Assembly: GCA_963832025.1 (NCBI GenBank)
Contig: CAWHSF010000003.1
Span: 143,665 to 207,664 of the forward strand
Source of the DNA: Candidatus Nomurabacteria bacterium
GTDB lineage: Bacteria > Patescibacteriota > Minisyncoccia > Phycocordibacterales > UBA9973
Direction of reading: 5' to 3'
DNA length: 64,000 nucleotides
How positions within the stretch are numbered: the first letter of the stretch is position 1; each line of letters opens with the position of its first letter. Below are positions 47,988 through 56,587 of this stretch, in pieces. The translations under genes and the position numbers were made by a program. Under the pieces are notes generated by a model. The model saw only the letters and a program-made list of their open reading frames with translations, was not told where the DNA came from and did not search any database.

Positions 47988-49415
47988 ATGAGAGAACGAA
48001 AATTGCCCAGGAGAGTACAAGAAAAAATAGACAGAGGGGGCTTTAGTCATCCAGATATTGATGCCGCTAATTATCCAGTCTCCACGCAAGATATAAATCC
48101 AGAACCACACACAGGACTAGAGAAAACGCCAGGAACAAAAACCTTTGGAACTAAATTTATAAGTCAGCAAATTAAAACCTTGCTTGAAAGCCAAGAAAAG
48201 ATACAAGAAATAAAGAGTTTAAATGTTGTGGGTTCTGGCGGTGAGATAAGATTAGATACTTTTGTAAAGGCCAAAGATATAATAACAGCCACTGTCGGTA
48301 TACAAGCAGTTCTTGAAAACAAGAATGGTTCCTTGGCTGTAAAAAGTTATGAAATTGATGCTCCAATTTACGCAAAAGGGACAGTGGAAAAAATTATAGC
48401 CCCAAAGCTTGGTGAAGTTTCAGAATTATTAAAATCATACGTAGAAAAACAAGAGGGTAGGAAGGTAGCAAAAATTGAAATTGAAAACGGAGAGTTAAAA
48501 GTAACTTTTGCCAAACAAACAACAGTTCCTGTGGCAAAAAAGGAGGCGCCGGTTTTAGAAGCAACACAAGCAATACCTAAAGATCAGGTTGCACCAATCA
48601 CAGCAGAAACTATTGCAACACTTAAAAAAACAATAGAACACACTCAGGAGACACTTGAAAAAATTAAGGAAGAAAGAGCAGCATATAAAAAATTAATGGA
48701 AGATATGCGTAGAGAATTGGAAACACTGGAAAAAGAAGAGGGGACCACCGAGTCTGAAGCTCAACAAGTTGCTGTTCAAACACACAAAGAGATTTCAAAT
48801 GCTGATAAAACAAAAGTTGAACAGAGCAAAGATTCTACTGGATCTTTCACAAAAGAAGAAAAAGATAAAGAGGCTGATCCTATATATGAAGAGGCTAAGG
48901 CTTTAGTCCTAGAATTTGGAATAGCTTCTACTTTACTTCTACAAGGAAGATTAAGAATTAGATACAGTAGAGCTGCCAACCTGATAGAGATGATGGAAGA
49001 ACGCGGAGTTATAGGTCCAACGGATGGCATTAAGCCAAGAGAAATTTTAGAAAAAGTCACTCAAGCTAAGAACCCTACTAAATCCTTAGGAAAAGAACAA
49101 AAAATAACGGAGATTGGAAGAAAGTGGAAAGCAGAAATAGACAGCATGGAGGAAATTAAAAAAGAAAAAAGTTATTTAACAAGGAAAATTGAATCTGCAA
49201 TAGGAATCGAAAAAAAATACGCAGCCGAGTATCTTGAGATGCTTAACAATTCACCACTGGAATTTTATACAAAAAGATTAGGACACGCTACAATAACATT
49301 TTCTCAACAATGGGCTAAGGAAGAAGTTGAAAAAATTCAGAAAACAATTGATGAAATCAACACAATAAATACAAGGTACAGCAACATGCTTGAAAATTTA
49401 GAAAAAGAATCTTAA
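47988..49415 (+). CDS. coiled-coil protein with a stand-alone FtsK-gamma (KOPS-type winged-helix) domain
   Basis: DPIYEEAKALVLEFGIASTLLLQGRLRIRYSRAANLIEMMEERGVIGPTDGIKPREIL (nt about 48876-49056). No translocase motor motifs. Confidence 0.7.
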   Translation: MRERKLPRRVQEKIDRGGFSHPDIDAANYPVSTQDINPEPHTGLEKTPGTKTFGTKFISQQIKTLLESQEKIQEIKSLNVVGSGGEIRLDTFVKAKDIITATVGIQAVLENKNGSLAVKSYEIDAPIYAKGTVEKIIAPKLGEVSELLKSYVEKQEGRKVAKIEIENGELKVTFAKQTTVPVAKKEAPVLEATQAIPKDQVAPITAETIATLKKTIEHTQETLEKIKEERAAYKKLMEDMRRELETLEKEEGTTESEAQQVAVQTHKEISNADKTKVEQSKDSTGSFTKEEKDKEADPIYEEAKALVLEFGIASTLLLQGRLRIRYSRAANLIEMMEERGVIGPTDGIKPREILEKVTQAKNPTKSLGKEQKITEIGRKWKAEIDSMEEIKKEKSYLTRKIESAIGIEKKYAAEYLEMLNNSPLEFYTKRLGHATITFSQQWAKEEVEKIQKTIDEINTINTRYSNMLENLEKES

Positions 49416-49438
49416 ATTATTAATAATCTGTAAATTTT

Positions 49439-50050
49439 ATGGATAGACCACTAAAACCAGAAGAGAGAAGTGAAAAACAAAAAAGAATAGAGGCTATAAG
49501 AGCAACACTTCTCGAGGCAAAAGAAAGAGATAGACAAGCAGAAAACAGAGAGCTGGAAATACAAGAAAACTTAAGAATAGCTACTGATGCTTTAAATGCT
49601 GCTACCAGCAAAAAACCTGAAGTCTCCCTACAGGAACCAGTACCAAAACCAGAAGAAGGATACAAAGTCATTACACATCCAGACGGAACTCAAGAAATAT
49701 TTTCAAAAAGAGATGGGGAACCAATAAAAAGAGTATTTCCTGATGGCCAAGAGTATTATCCTCAGGAAAAAATAATCAAACATCCAAGTGGAGTTATAGA
49801 CTATCTTTACTACGCTGATGAAAAAAAGATTGTAAGAAGAGAATATCCCTCTGGGGTCATAGACTATGCGGGCTCGGGCCCTGAGGATAAATTTTTCAGT
49901 AGGAGGGTATATCCTGACCAAACAGAAGATAGGTTCAACCCGCAAACCGGAGAGTCATGGGGTAGTTTTGATAAAGACGGTAACAAAATAGGAATTCCCC
50001 CTCGAGCAACCGGTAAAAGCCGAAGAGCAATCACCGAAAAAGGAAATTGA
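49439..50050 (+). CDS. hypothetical protein with MORN/YwqK-like short repeats; probably fused to the next ORF
   Basis: Repeats of the type HPDGTQEIFSKRDGEPIKRVFPDGQEYY / HPSGVIDYLYY / YPSGVIDYAG. The downstream frame is open from 49992. Confidence 0.55.
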   Translation: MDRPLKPEERSEKQKRIEAIRATLLEAKERDRQAENRELEIQENLRIATDALNAATSKKPEVSLQEPVPKPEEGYKVITHPDGTQEIFSKRDGEPIKRVFPDGQEYYPQEKIIKHPSGVIDYLYYADEKKIVRREYPSGVIDYAGSGPEDKFFSRRVYPDQTEDRFNPQTGESWGSFDKDGNKIGIPPRATGKSRRAITEKGN

Positions 50051-50108
50051 ACAAGAAATAAAAAATCTTCCAGAGAAAGACAAAAAAAGGCTTGGTCATG
50101 GACTGAAA

Positions 50109-52247
50109 TTGTGGGGACTGGCGGTGGAAGAAATGAAGAACAATTTTTGGGCTGTGGCATTAACGCCATTAGCAAAAAATAAGAAAGAAAATCTTACAGG
50201 AAAAGGGAAATTCTTTACAGAGCTAAGAGATTCTTTTATCAGAGATAGAGATGAGGCAATAAAAAAACAGTGGGAAATTCAGGAAGGGAAAGACGCCGGC
50301 AAATTAGCCAAAACAAAAGGCGTTGTTTCAATTGTAGGAAATGTCGCAAAGTATGGAAGAATTGTCGCGGATGTAACAGGCGCTTCAATAGCAAATCCGT
50401 TTAGATACGTAATGATGTCGGGAATGGCAGCTGGCCGTATGGCTGAAGCCGGCAAAGAAACACGATTCAAAAATGCAAAACTTATAGAAAAAACTAGAAT
50501 TCAAGATGCTGAAAAAGCAGCCGAAGAAGCTTGGAAGATATATGAGAGAGCAGGCGGAAAAATTGATGAAAGTGGAAATATAAGTGGCGCTTCTGTTGAA
50601 GATATAAGTAAGGCTTATTTAGCAAGTATGCCAGAAGATCTTAAAAAGAGATTAGAAAGTCCAAAAGTGGCCTTAAACTTTGTACAAAAAGCATTAATAA
50701 AAAATATTGATATCAGGATTTCTAGGTTAAACAAGAAAATAGAAGAAATAGAAAATAGTGTAGGAGGCTCTAATTTTGATGCTTGGCAAAAAATAGAAAA
50801 AGAAAAACTTTTAAAAAAATGGGGAAAAGAATTAAAGGACTATGACCGTGTACTTGATCAATATGGAGCTGTTGACCAGATAGCGATGGGAGCTAGATAT
50901 GCACAGGTAATAAGTAAGGCAGTCGTAGTTGGAATGCAAATTGAAACAATTGCGGTTTCTTTGCCCCACCTACTTCATGGATTGCATATAATTTCTAGCC
51001 ATCATGACACAACAAATCACCACACAGAAAGTATTGACCTAAAAATACAACCACACCACACCCCAGAAATACCAAAAGACTATGCCACAAATCCTGCATA
51101 TTCCGCGCATGATATTTTGAATGAACCGGATTCTGCCCTTGTAAATAATTTTCCAGAAACACATATAACTATCGACCACGGACATGGTTTGATTTGGGGA
51201 ATCAGACACGCCCAAGAAGATTATTTGAAACATCTGCAAGCAAATCATATAGACCCATCCAAGGCGCCGGCTTGGACGCATGAAGACCCGACAAAACTGG
51301 CGAGAGACTTGGGAGGATATGACCCCAATGCGACAGATGGGAAAGAAAGTTTATTGGTTGGCAACGGTTCGATTTTAAATATAGATGCTCATGGACAACT
51401 TTCCTTGCACGATGCATTGACGGGAAAAGATAATATTTTAATCCATGGAGACACTTTTCAAGAGGAACAAATTCACGGAACGATGTTTCATTCAGAGTTT
51501 GGTCAGGCGGGAGGAGAACATGTTGCAGGACCTGCTCATTCTCTTACAGAATCTTCAGTTGGGCAAACACCTGAAGGAATCTCACATTTAGGCCCGACAA
51601 AAATAGAGTCAGATTTGAATGCATTACATGCATCGGATATGCACAGAGAACACGCCGAACAATTGGCAAAAATACAGGAAAACATACGACAAAAAATGGC
51701 GACAATGGAAGCACACAAACCAAAAACTAATACTACTCCTGGACCAGGACATACGAACCCTGCAGGGGAAAATTCTCATTCTGACTTAAAAACAACAGAA
51801 ATTTATAAACACACCACCATGGGACATGGACATATGCCTATTTTCCCGGACATCACCCCTGAACAAAATGAATATTTAAGTCATTATCCGGAAATTGTTG
51901 GAAACAATTCTTTTCACCTGTCAGGAGTAAAATTGCTTGAAGTTTGCGAGGCAAGCCAAAAGGATAGAACTTTTCTATTTGGCAACCAATCAGCAAGTTT
52001 ATGGGAAGGTTTGAGTAAATTAAAAGCTGGCACAGTATTGGAACATGCAAGTTCAGTTAGAAATGTTCCTGGCTCTGATGGCTTAAGTAAATATTTAGAA
52101 GTATTGAGAAATTTCTCAAAAATAAAACCAGGAAAGGGATTATTTGGAATAGGTGGTGAAAAAACTGGACAATACATGGGACGCGCTTTGCAAAAACTGG
52201 CATATGAAGGAAAATTAAGAGATTTTGAAGAGAGCATAAGAAAATAA
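50109..52247 (+). CDS. large hypothetical protein with a histidine-rich central region
   Basis: 712-aa ORF (TTG 50109 or ATG 50133). HLLHGLHIISSHHDTTNHHTESIDLKIQPHHTP... No motif recognised. Confidence 0.6.
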   Translation: MWGLAVEEMKNNFWAVALTPLAKNKKENLTGKGKFFTELRDSFIRDRDEAIKKQWEIQEGKDAGKLAKTKGVVSIVGNVAKYGRIVADVTGASIANPFRYVMMSGMAAGRMAEAGKETRFKNAKLIEKTRIQDAEKAAEEAWKIYERAGGKIDESGNISGASVEDISKAYLASMPEDLKKRLESPKVALNFVQKALIKNIDIRISRLNKKIEEIENSVGGSNFDAWQKIEKEKLLKKWGKELKDYDRVLDQYGAVDQIAMGARYAQVISKAVVVGMQIETIAVSLPHLLHGLHIISSHHDTTNHHTESIDLKIQPHHTPEIPKDYATNPAYSAHDILNEPDSALVNNFPETHITIDHGHGLIWGIRHAQEDYLKHLQANHIDPSKAPAWTHEDPTKLARDLGGYDPNATDGKESLLVGNGSILNIDAHGQLSLHDALTGKDNILIHGDTFQEEQIHGTMFHSEFGQAGGEHVAGPAHSLTESSVGQTPEGISHLGPTKIESDLNALHASDMHREHAEQLAKIQENIRQKMATMEAHKPKTNTTPGPGHTNPAGENSHSDLKTTEIYKHTTMGHGHMPIFPDITPEQNEYLSHYPEIVGNNSFHLSGVKLLEVCEASQKDRTFLFGNQSASLWEGLSKLKAGTVLEHASSVRNVPGSDGLSKYLEVLRNFSKIKPGKGLFGIGGEKTGQYMGRALQKLAYEGKLRDFEESIRK

Positions 52248-52267
52248 ATCTGTGTTATATTGGACAG

Positions 52268-54391
52268 GTGACAGATGAGACAAAACATTTGGAAGGATTA
52301 AACCCTGAGCAAAAAGAGGCGGCGCTTCATATGAAGGGTCCGCTTCTTATTGTGGCTGGAGCGGGAGCGGGCAAGACTAAAACTATTACGCACAGAATTG
52401 TGAATCTGATAAAGAATGGCGTTCCTCCAGAAAAAATATTGGCGGTGACATTTACCAACAAGGCTGCGAAGGAAATGCGAGAGAGAGTCATTGCAGAAAT
52501 TAATAAAAACTTCGTCGGCAATGCCTTTTCTCAGGTCCTCGGTTCTCCGGGTCCCTATCCCGGCCAGACCATTCCAAAAGGCCTTGCCGACTTCGTAAAT
52601 AAGGCACCTTTTGTCAGCACCTTTCATTCTTTGGGAGTTTTTATTATAAAAGAAAACGCCAGATTGCTTGGGCTGACTAGGTATTTCACGATTTTGGATG
52701 AGGGAGATTCGACAGGAATGATAAAAGAAATAATGAAAAGCTTGGGGATAGACCCAAAACAATACGATCCGAAAAAAATAAAAAATATTATTTCGCGCGA
52801 GAAAGGAAAATTTGTTTATTTAACGGAATACACGGAAAGAGAAAATAGCAGTCTGGGAAGAATTGTAGCCCAAATCTGGAATTTATATGAGAAACAAAAA
52901 ATGAAGGAAAATTCTTTGGATTTTGACGATTTACTTTTAAAAGCGACAAAATTGTTAAAAGACAACAAGGAAATTAGGGAACTTTATCAAGATAAATGGG
53001 AATATATTCATATAGACGAATATCAAGACACCAATGAAGTGCAATATTTGATGACCAAATTGCTTTCCGAAAAATACAAAAATATTTGCGTGGTCGGGGA
53101 TGCAGACCAGAATATTTATTCTTGGCGCGGAGCAAATTTAAAAAATATTTTGAGTTTTGAGAAAGATTATCCGAATGCAAAAATAATTTTATTGGAGCAA
53201 AATTATCGCTCGACCAAAAATATTCTGGAAGCGGCAAATGAAATCATTAAAAAAAATAAATATAGACCGGATAAAAATTTATTTACAAAAAATGTTGTCG
53301 GAGAAAAAATCGGCTTGTATGAAGCATTGGATGAAACCGACGAAGCGGATTTTGTAGCGACAAAAATTTTAGAACTAATGGACAAGGGAAAAGATTTGTT
53401 TTTGCGGGGTCTCTCGCAGGCCGACGGGCCGAGAGGGAACGCTGTGCGAGCACGCACAGACAGTGACCTCGCAAAAACAGAATCTTTTTCTTTGTCCGAA
53501 ATCGCCCTGTTATATCGCGCAAATTTTCAATCGCGCGCGCTGGAAGAAGCCATGCTTCGCTACAACATTCCATACCAAGTTTTGGGTGTTAAGTTTTTTG
53601 AAAGAAAAGAAATCAAAGACACTTTGGCATATCTGCGCGCAGCGCTGAATCCGGAAAGTTTGTCCGACATAAAAAGAATAATAAATTTCCCGGCGCAGAG
53701 GCATCGGCAAGGTTACATTATTGAAAATATTTGCCGGAGAACGGGAAACTTTACCGATAAAAGTAAGAATTAAAGTTGATAATTTTTATACAACATTGGA
53801 AGAAATAAAAGAAAAAATATTAAAAGTGAAAAAACGAGCGAGGTAATAAAATTTGTAGTGAAAAAATCCGGCATTGAACAAGAATTGAGTAGCGGGGGAG
53901 ATGAAGATATTGAAAGATTGGAAAACATAAAAGAGCTTGCGACCTTGGCATTAAAATATGATAATTTAGAAAATGGAGCCGGTGTAGAAAAACTTTTAGA
54001 AGATGCATCATTGGCATCGGACCAAGATTCACTGATGATAAATCAAGAGAAGAAAGAAAGAAAAGAAGTAAATGCAGTGAAATTAATGACCGTGCATGCG
54101 TCAAAAGGCCTTGAATTCAAATACGTTTTTGTCACTGGTTTGGAAGATGGACTTTTCCCGCACGAAAGACAAAATGAAGGACAGAGTGGTGAAGACAGAG
54201 AAGAAGAACGCAGACTTTTTTACGTGGCGCTGACCAGAGCTAAAGAAAAATTATTTTTATCTTTAGCAAATTTCCGTACAATTTTCGGCTCACGCAACAT
54301 AAACGCACCATCAGAATTTATTAGCGACATACCGGCAGATTTATTAGAAAAAGAAGGAGAGGGGCACGGCATAAAAACAATTTATTTATGA
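52268..54391 (+). CDS. pcrA: UvrD/PcrA-family superfamily-1 DNA helicase; a 140-nt internal segment lies in a shifted frame
   Basis: AGAGAGKTKTITHR, TFTNKAAKEM, HIDEYQDTN, VGDADQNIYSWRGA, YRSTKNIL, LLYRANFQSR and VKLMTVHASKGLEF motifs. The motif RGIGKVTLLKIF is readable only in the +1 frame between about 53696 and 53834. Confidence 0.88.
53391..53487. repeat. family-B-like element in frame inside pcrA
   Basis: Arms agatttgtttttgcg / cgcaaaaacagaatct. Interior tcgcaggccgacgggccgagag resembles the core gcgcaggcgggtagccgagca. Encodes DLFLRGLSQADGPRGNAVRARTDSDLAKTESF. Confidence 0.7.
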
Positions 54392-54416
54392 TGGAGAACA
54401 AAATTCTTTCTTGGTA

Positions 54417-54532
54417 TAGTTTTTATTCAACACACATAAAATTCTGCTGAATTTTTGCTTTGCTCGGCTACCCGCTCATCGAGTCTGAGACTCTCAGAGT
54501 CGAATGACCTGCGCAAAGTTTCATAAAAACTA
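54417..54532. repeat. family-B palindromic element, 116 bp (inverted twin of 12501-12616)
   Basis: 114/116 identical to the reverse complement of 12501-12616. Confidence 0.9.
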
Positions 54533-54563
54533 CACCTGCAACGAATTTTGTTTAACAAAGAAG

Positions 54564-55508
54564 ATGCAACATAAAGCAAAAAAAACATTGGGGCAAAACT
54601 TTTTAAAATCGGAGCTAGCTCTGCGAAAGATTATTGAAGTCGGTGAAATAAAACCTGATGATATTATTTTAGAAATTGGTCCAGGAAAAGGTGCGCTGAC
54701 AAAAAAAATTTTAGAAAAAGCTGGAACGGTAATCGCTGTTGAAAAAGACCGTGAGTTGATAGAATTTTTGAAAACAAAATTTGCAAAAGAAATCACGACA
54801 AAAAAAATAATTTTGGTTGAAGATGATATTTTAAAATTTAATCTGGAGCAAGATATTCTCGAGCGAACCCTTGGTAGGAGCGACGGCGACGGACAGAGAA
54901 AATTTTCAGCAGAAAATTTTCGTGGTGAGTCCGAGAATATTTTGCTCCCGATTTCCTATAAAATTATTGCAAACATTCCATACAATATTACCGGCGCAAT
55001 CTTGAAAAGATTTTTGACAGAAAAAAACCAGCCGGAGCGCATGGTCTTGATGGTCCAAAACGAAGTGGCAAAAAGAATCGTGGCTTCCGACAAAAAAGAA
55101 AGTGTTCTTTCCATCTCCGTGAAAGCTTACGGTGAACCAAAAATGGTGATGAAGGTGCCAGCTCGATATTTTTCTCCAGAACCCAAGGTGGACTCCGCCA
55201 TAATTATTATAAAAAATATTTCTCGCAGACTTTTTGAAAAAAATAATACCTCACCCCAACCCTCTCCTTGCCAAGGAGAGGGGGGCAACGGGACTGTCCA
55301 AAATAAAATTTTGGACAGTCAGGCATTTGAAGAAAAATTTTGGGAAATAGTAAAAACCGGGTTTGCTCATAAGAGAAAAAAACTATCTGGCAACTTAAAA
55401 TCTCTCAAAAATTACGAAGTTTTAACAAAAAATGACTTTATGCAAACTTTGGGGAATAAAAGAGCGGAAGATTTGACGCTGGAGGATTGGATTTCGTTGA
55501 CTAAATAG
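54564..55508 (+). CDS. rsmA: 16S rRNA (adenine1518/1519-N6)-dimethyltransferase
   Basis: LGQNFL, EIGPGKGALT and ANIPYNIT motifs. Start trimmed to the ATG at 54564. Confidence 0.9.
   Translation: MQHKAKKTLGQNFLKSELALRKIIEVGEIKPDDIILEIGPGKGALTKKILEKAGTVIAVEKDRELIEFLKTKFAKEITTKKIILVEDDILKFNLEQDILERTLGRSDGDGQRKFSAENFRGESENILLPISYKIIANIPYNITGAILKRFLTEKNQPERMVLMVQNEVAKRIVASDKKESVLSISVKAYGEPKMVMKVPARYFSPEPKVDSAIIIIKNISRRLFEKNNTSPQPSPCQGEGGNGTVQNKILDSQAFEEKFWEIVKTGFAHKRKKLSGNLKSLKNYEVLTKNDFMQTLGNKRAEDLTLEDWISLTK
54853..54940. repeat. family-B-like element in frame inside rsmA/ksgA
   Basis: Terminal inverted repeats atattctcg / cgagaatat. Interior aaaattttcagcagaaaattttc matches the cagcagaa(a)tt signature of the intergenic copies. 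Encodes ILERTLGRSDGDGQRKFSAENFRGESENI. Confidence 0.7.
55248..55320. repeat. compound insertion in rsmA/ksgA: family-C palindrome plus a 13-bp-stem hairpin
   Basis: ccctctccttg c caaggagaggg (55260-55282) and gactgtccaaaat aaa attttggacagtc (55292-55320). Encodes TSPQPSPCQGEGGNGTVQNKILDSQ. Confidence 0.8.
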
Positions 55509-55510
55509 CT

Positions 55511-55556
55511 TCCAGACGTTGGACGTCTGTATCCGTCCAGACGTCCAACGTCTGGA
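55511..55556. repeat. family-A nested palindrome just after the ksgA stop
   Basis: Arms are identical to 29811-29856 (tccagacgttggacgtctg / cagacgtccaacgtctgga); the loop differs. Confidence 0.9.
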
Positions 55557-55638
55557 GATGCTCATAAACCTTGTTGGACTTGTTTTTTATTGATATAATC
55601 AAGCTATAAATAAATTATTTTGGTCAAAACACAAGAGG

Positions 55639-56556
55639 GTGGTTTGGGTTGCTGCTGCAATCGTGTGTATCGTCGTAATTTTTTTTATAAAAAACAAAAA
55701 TCTGTTTGAAGGGACTATAAAATATCTAGGAGGCACTCAAAAAACCGGACTGACTTATAATCCCAATGATACAGTGGCAGATTTGATAAACAAAAGCACG
55801 ACAGGGGACGGCATCCCGGATTGGGAAAAGATTTTATTAGGACTTGACCCCACCAAAACAGAAAATGTTCCAGGTGTTCCAGACAGTGTCACAATCCAAA
55901 AGATGATGCAGGCCAACACAGCAAGTGGGCAAACAGCAACAGACAACTCTAACTTATCTCAAACTGATCAAGTGTCCAGGGAATTCTTTGCCACCGTCAC
56001 CAGCCTAGAAGAAAGTGGCGCGATAGATGCAAATGGAAATATGGATCAGGACACGCAAGATCAACTTACCAATTCTCTGATAAACAATATTCAAAATTCT
56101 CCACAAAGAAAAATATACCAACTTTCTGATATCAACATAATAAATGACAACAGCATCGCAGCCATAAAAGATTATAATACGACCTTAAATATTATTTTCC
56201 CAAAAACAACTCTTAATTATAGTGTTGTGGATGTATTACAAAAATTTGCTCCTGACGATACTGGCAATAATACCGACCCATCTGTGTTGCCAGAACTTAC
56301 ACCAATTATCAGACAAATGAATGCTTCTTTATTTGGACTGCTAGCAATACCCGTGCCACAATCTTTAGCCACACTACATTTGGATGCCATAAACTCGACC
56401 GAGAGCGTAATTGAAAATTTAAATGATATACAACTTTACACTACTGATTCTATTGTTGCTTTTAGTGGAATGAGTAAATACGGACAAAATTCCACTGCCA
56501 TGTCGACCGCTTTTCAGAACCTTGCTAGTGCAATCGATCAGAAATTGAGTAATTAA
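55639..56556 (+). CDS. hypothetical N-terminally anchored membrane protein, first gene of the T4SS-like cluster
   Basis: TM VWVAAAIVCIVVIFFI, DGIPDWEKILLGLDP motif. GTG start. Confidence 0.55.
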   Translation: MVWVAAAIVCIVVIFFIKNKNLFEGTIKYLGGTQKTGLTYNPNDTVADLINKSTTGDGIPDWEKILLGLDPTKTENVPGVPDSVTIQKMMQANTASGQTATDNSNLSQTDQVSREFFATVTSLEESGAIDANGNMDQDTQDQLTNSLINNIQNSPQRKIYQLSDINIINDNSIAAIKDYNTTLNIIFPKTTLNYSVVDVLQKFAPDDTGNNTDPSVLPELTPIIRQMNASLFGLLAIPVPQSLATLHLDAINSTESVIENLNDIQLYTTDSIVAFSGMSKYGQNSTAMSTAFQNLASAIDQKLSN

Positions 56557-56587
56557 AAGATAAATTGTATAATACTACTATAAAAAA

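Noticed and set aside
53826-53836. Programmed -1 ribosomal frameshifting at G-AAA-AAA in pcrA and cca
   Set aside because: The A6 run is in phase as two Lys codons, not the canonical X-XXY-YYZ heptamer. I noted no obvious downstream stimulatory structure. Each gene also needs additional shifts at unrelated sequences. Homopolymer error is simpler.
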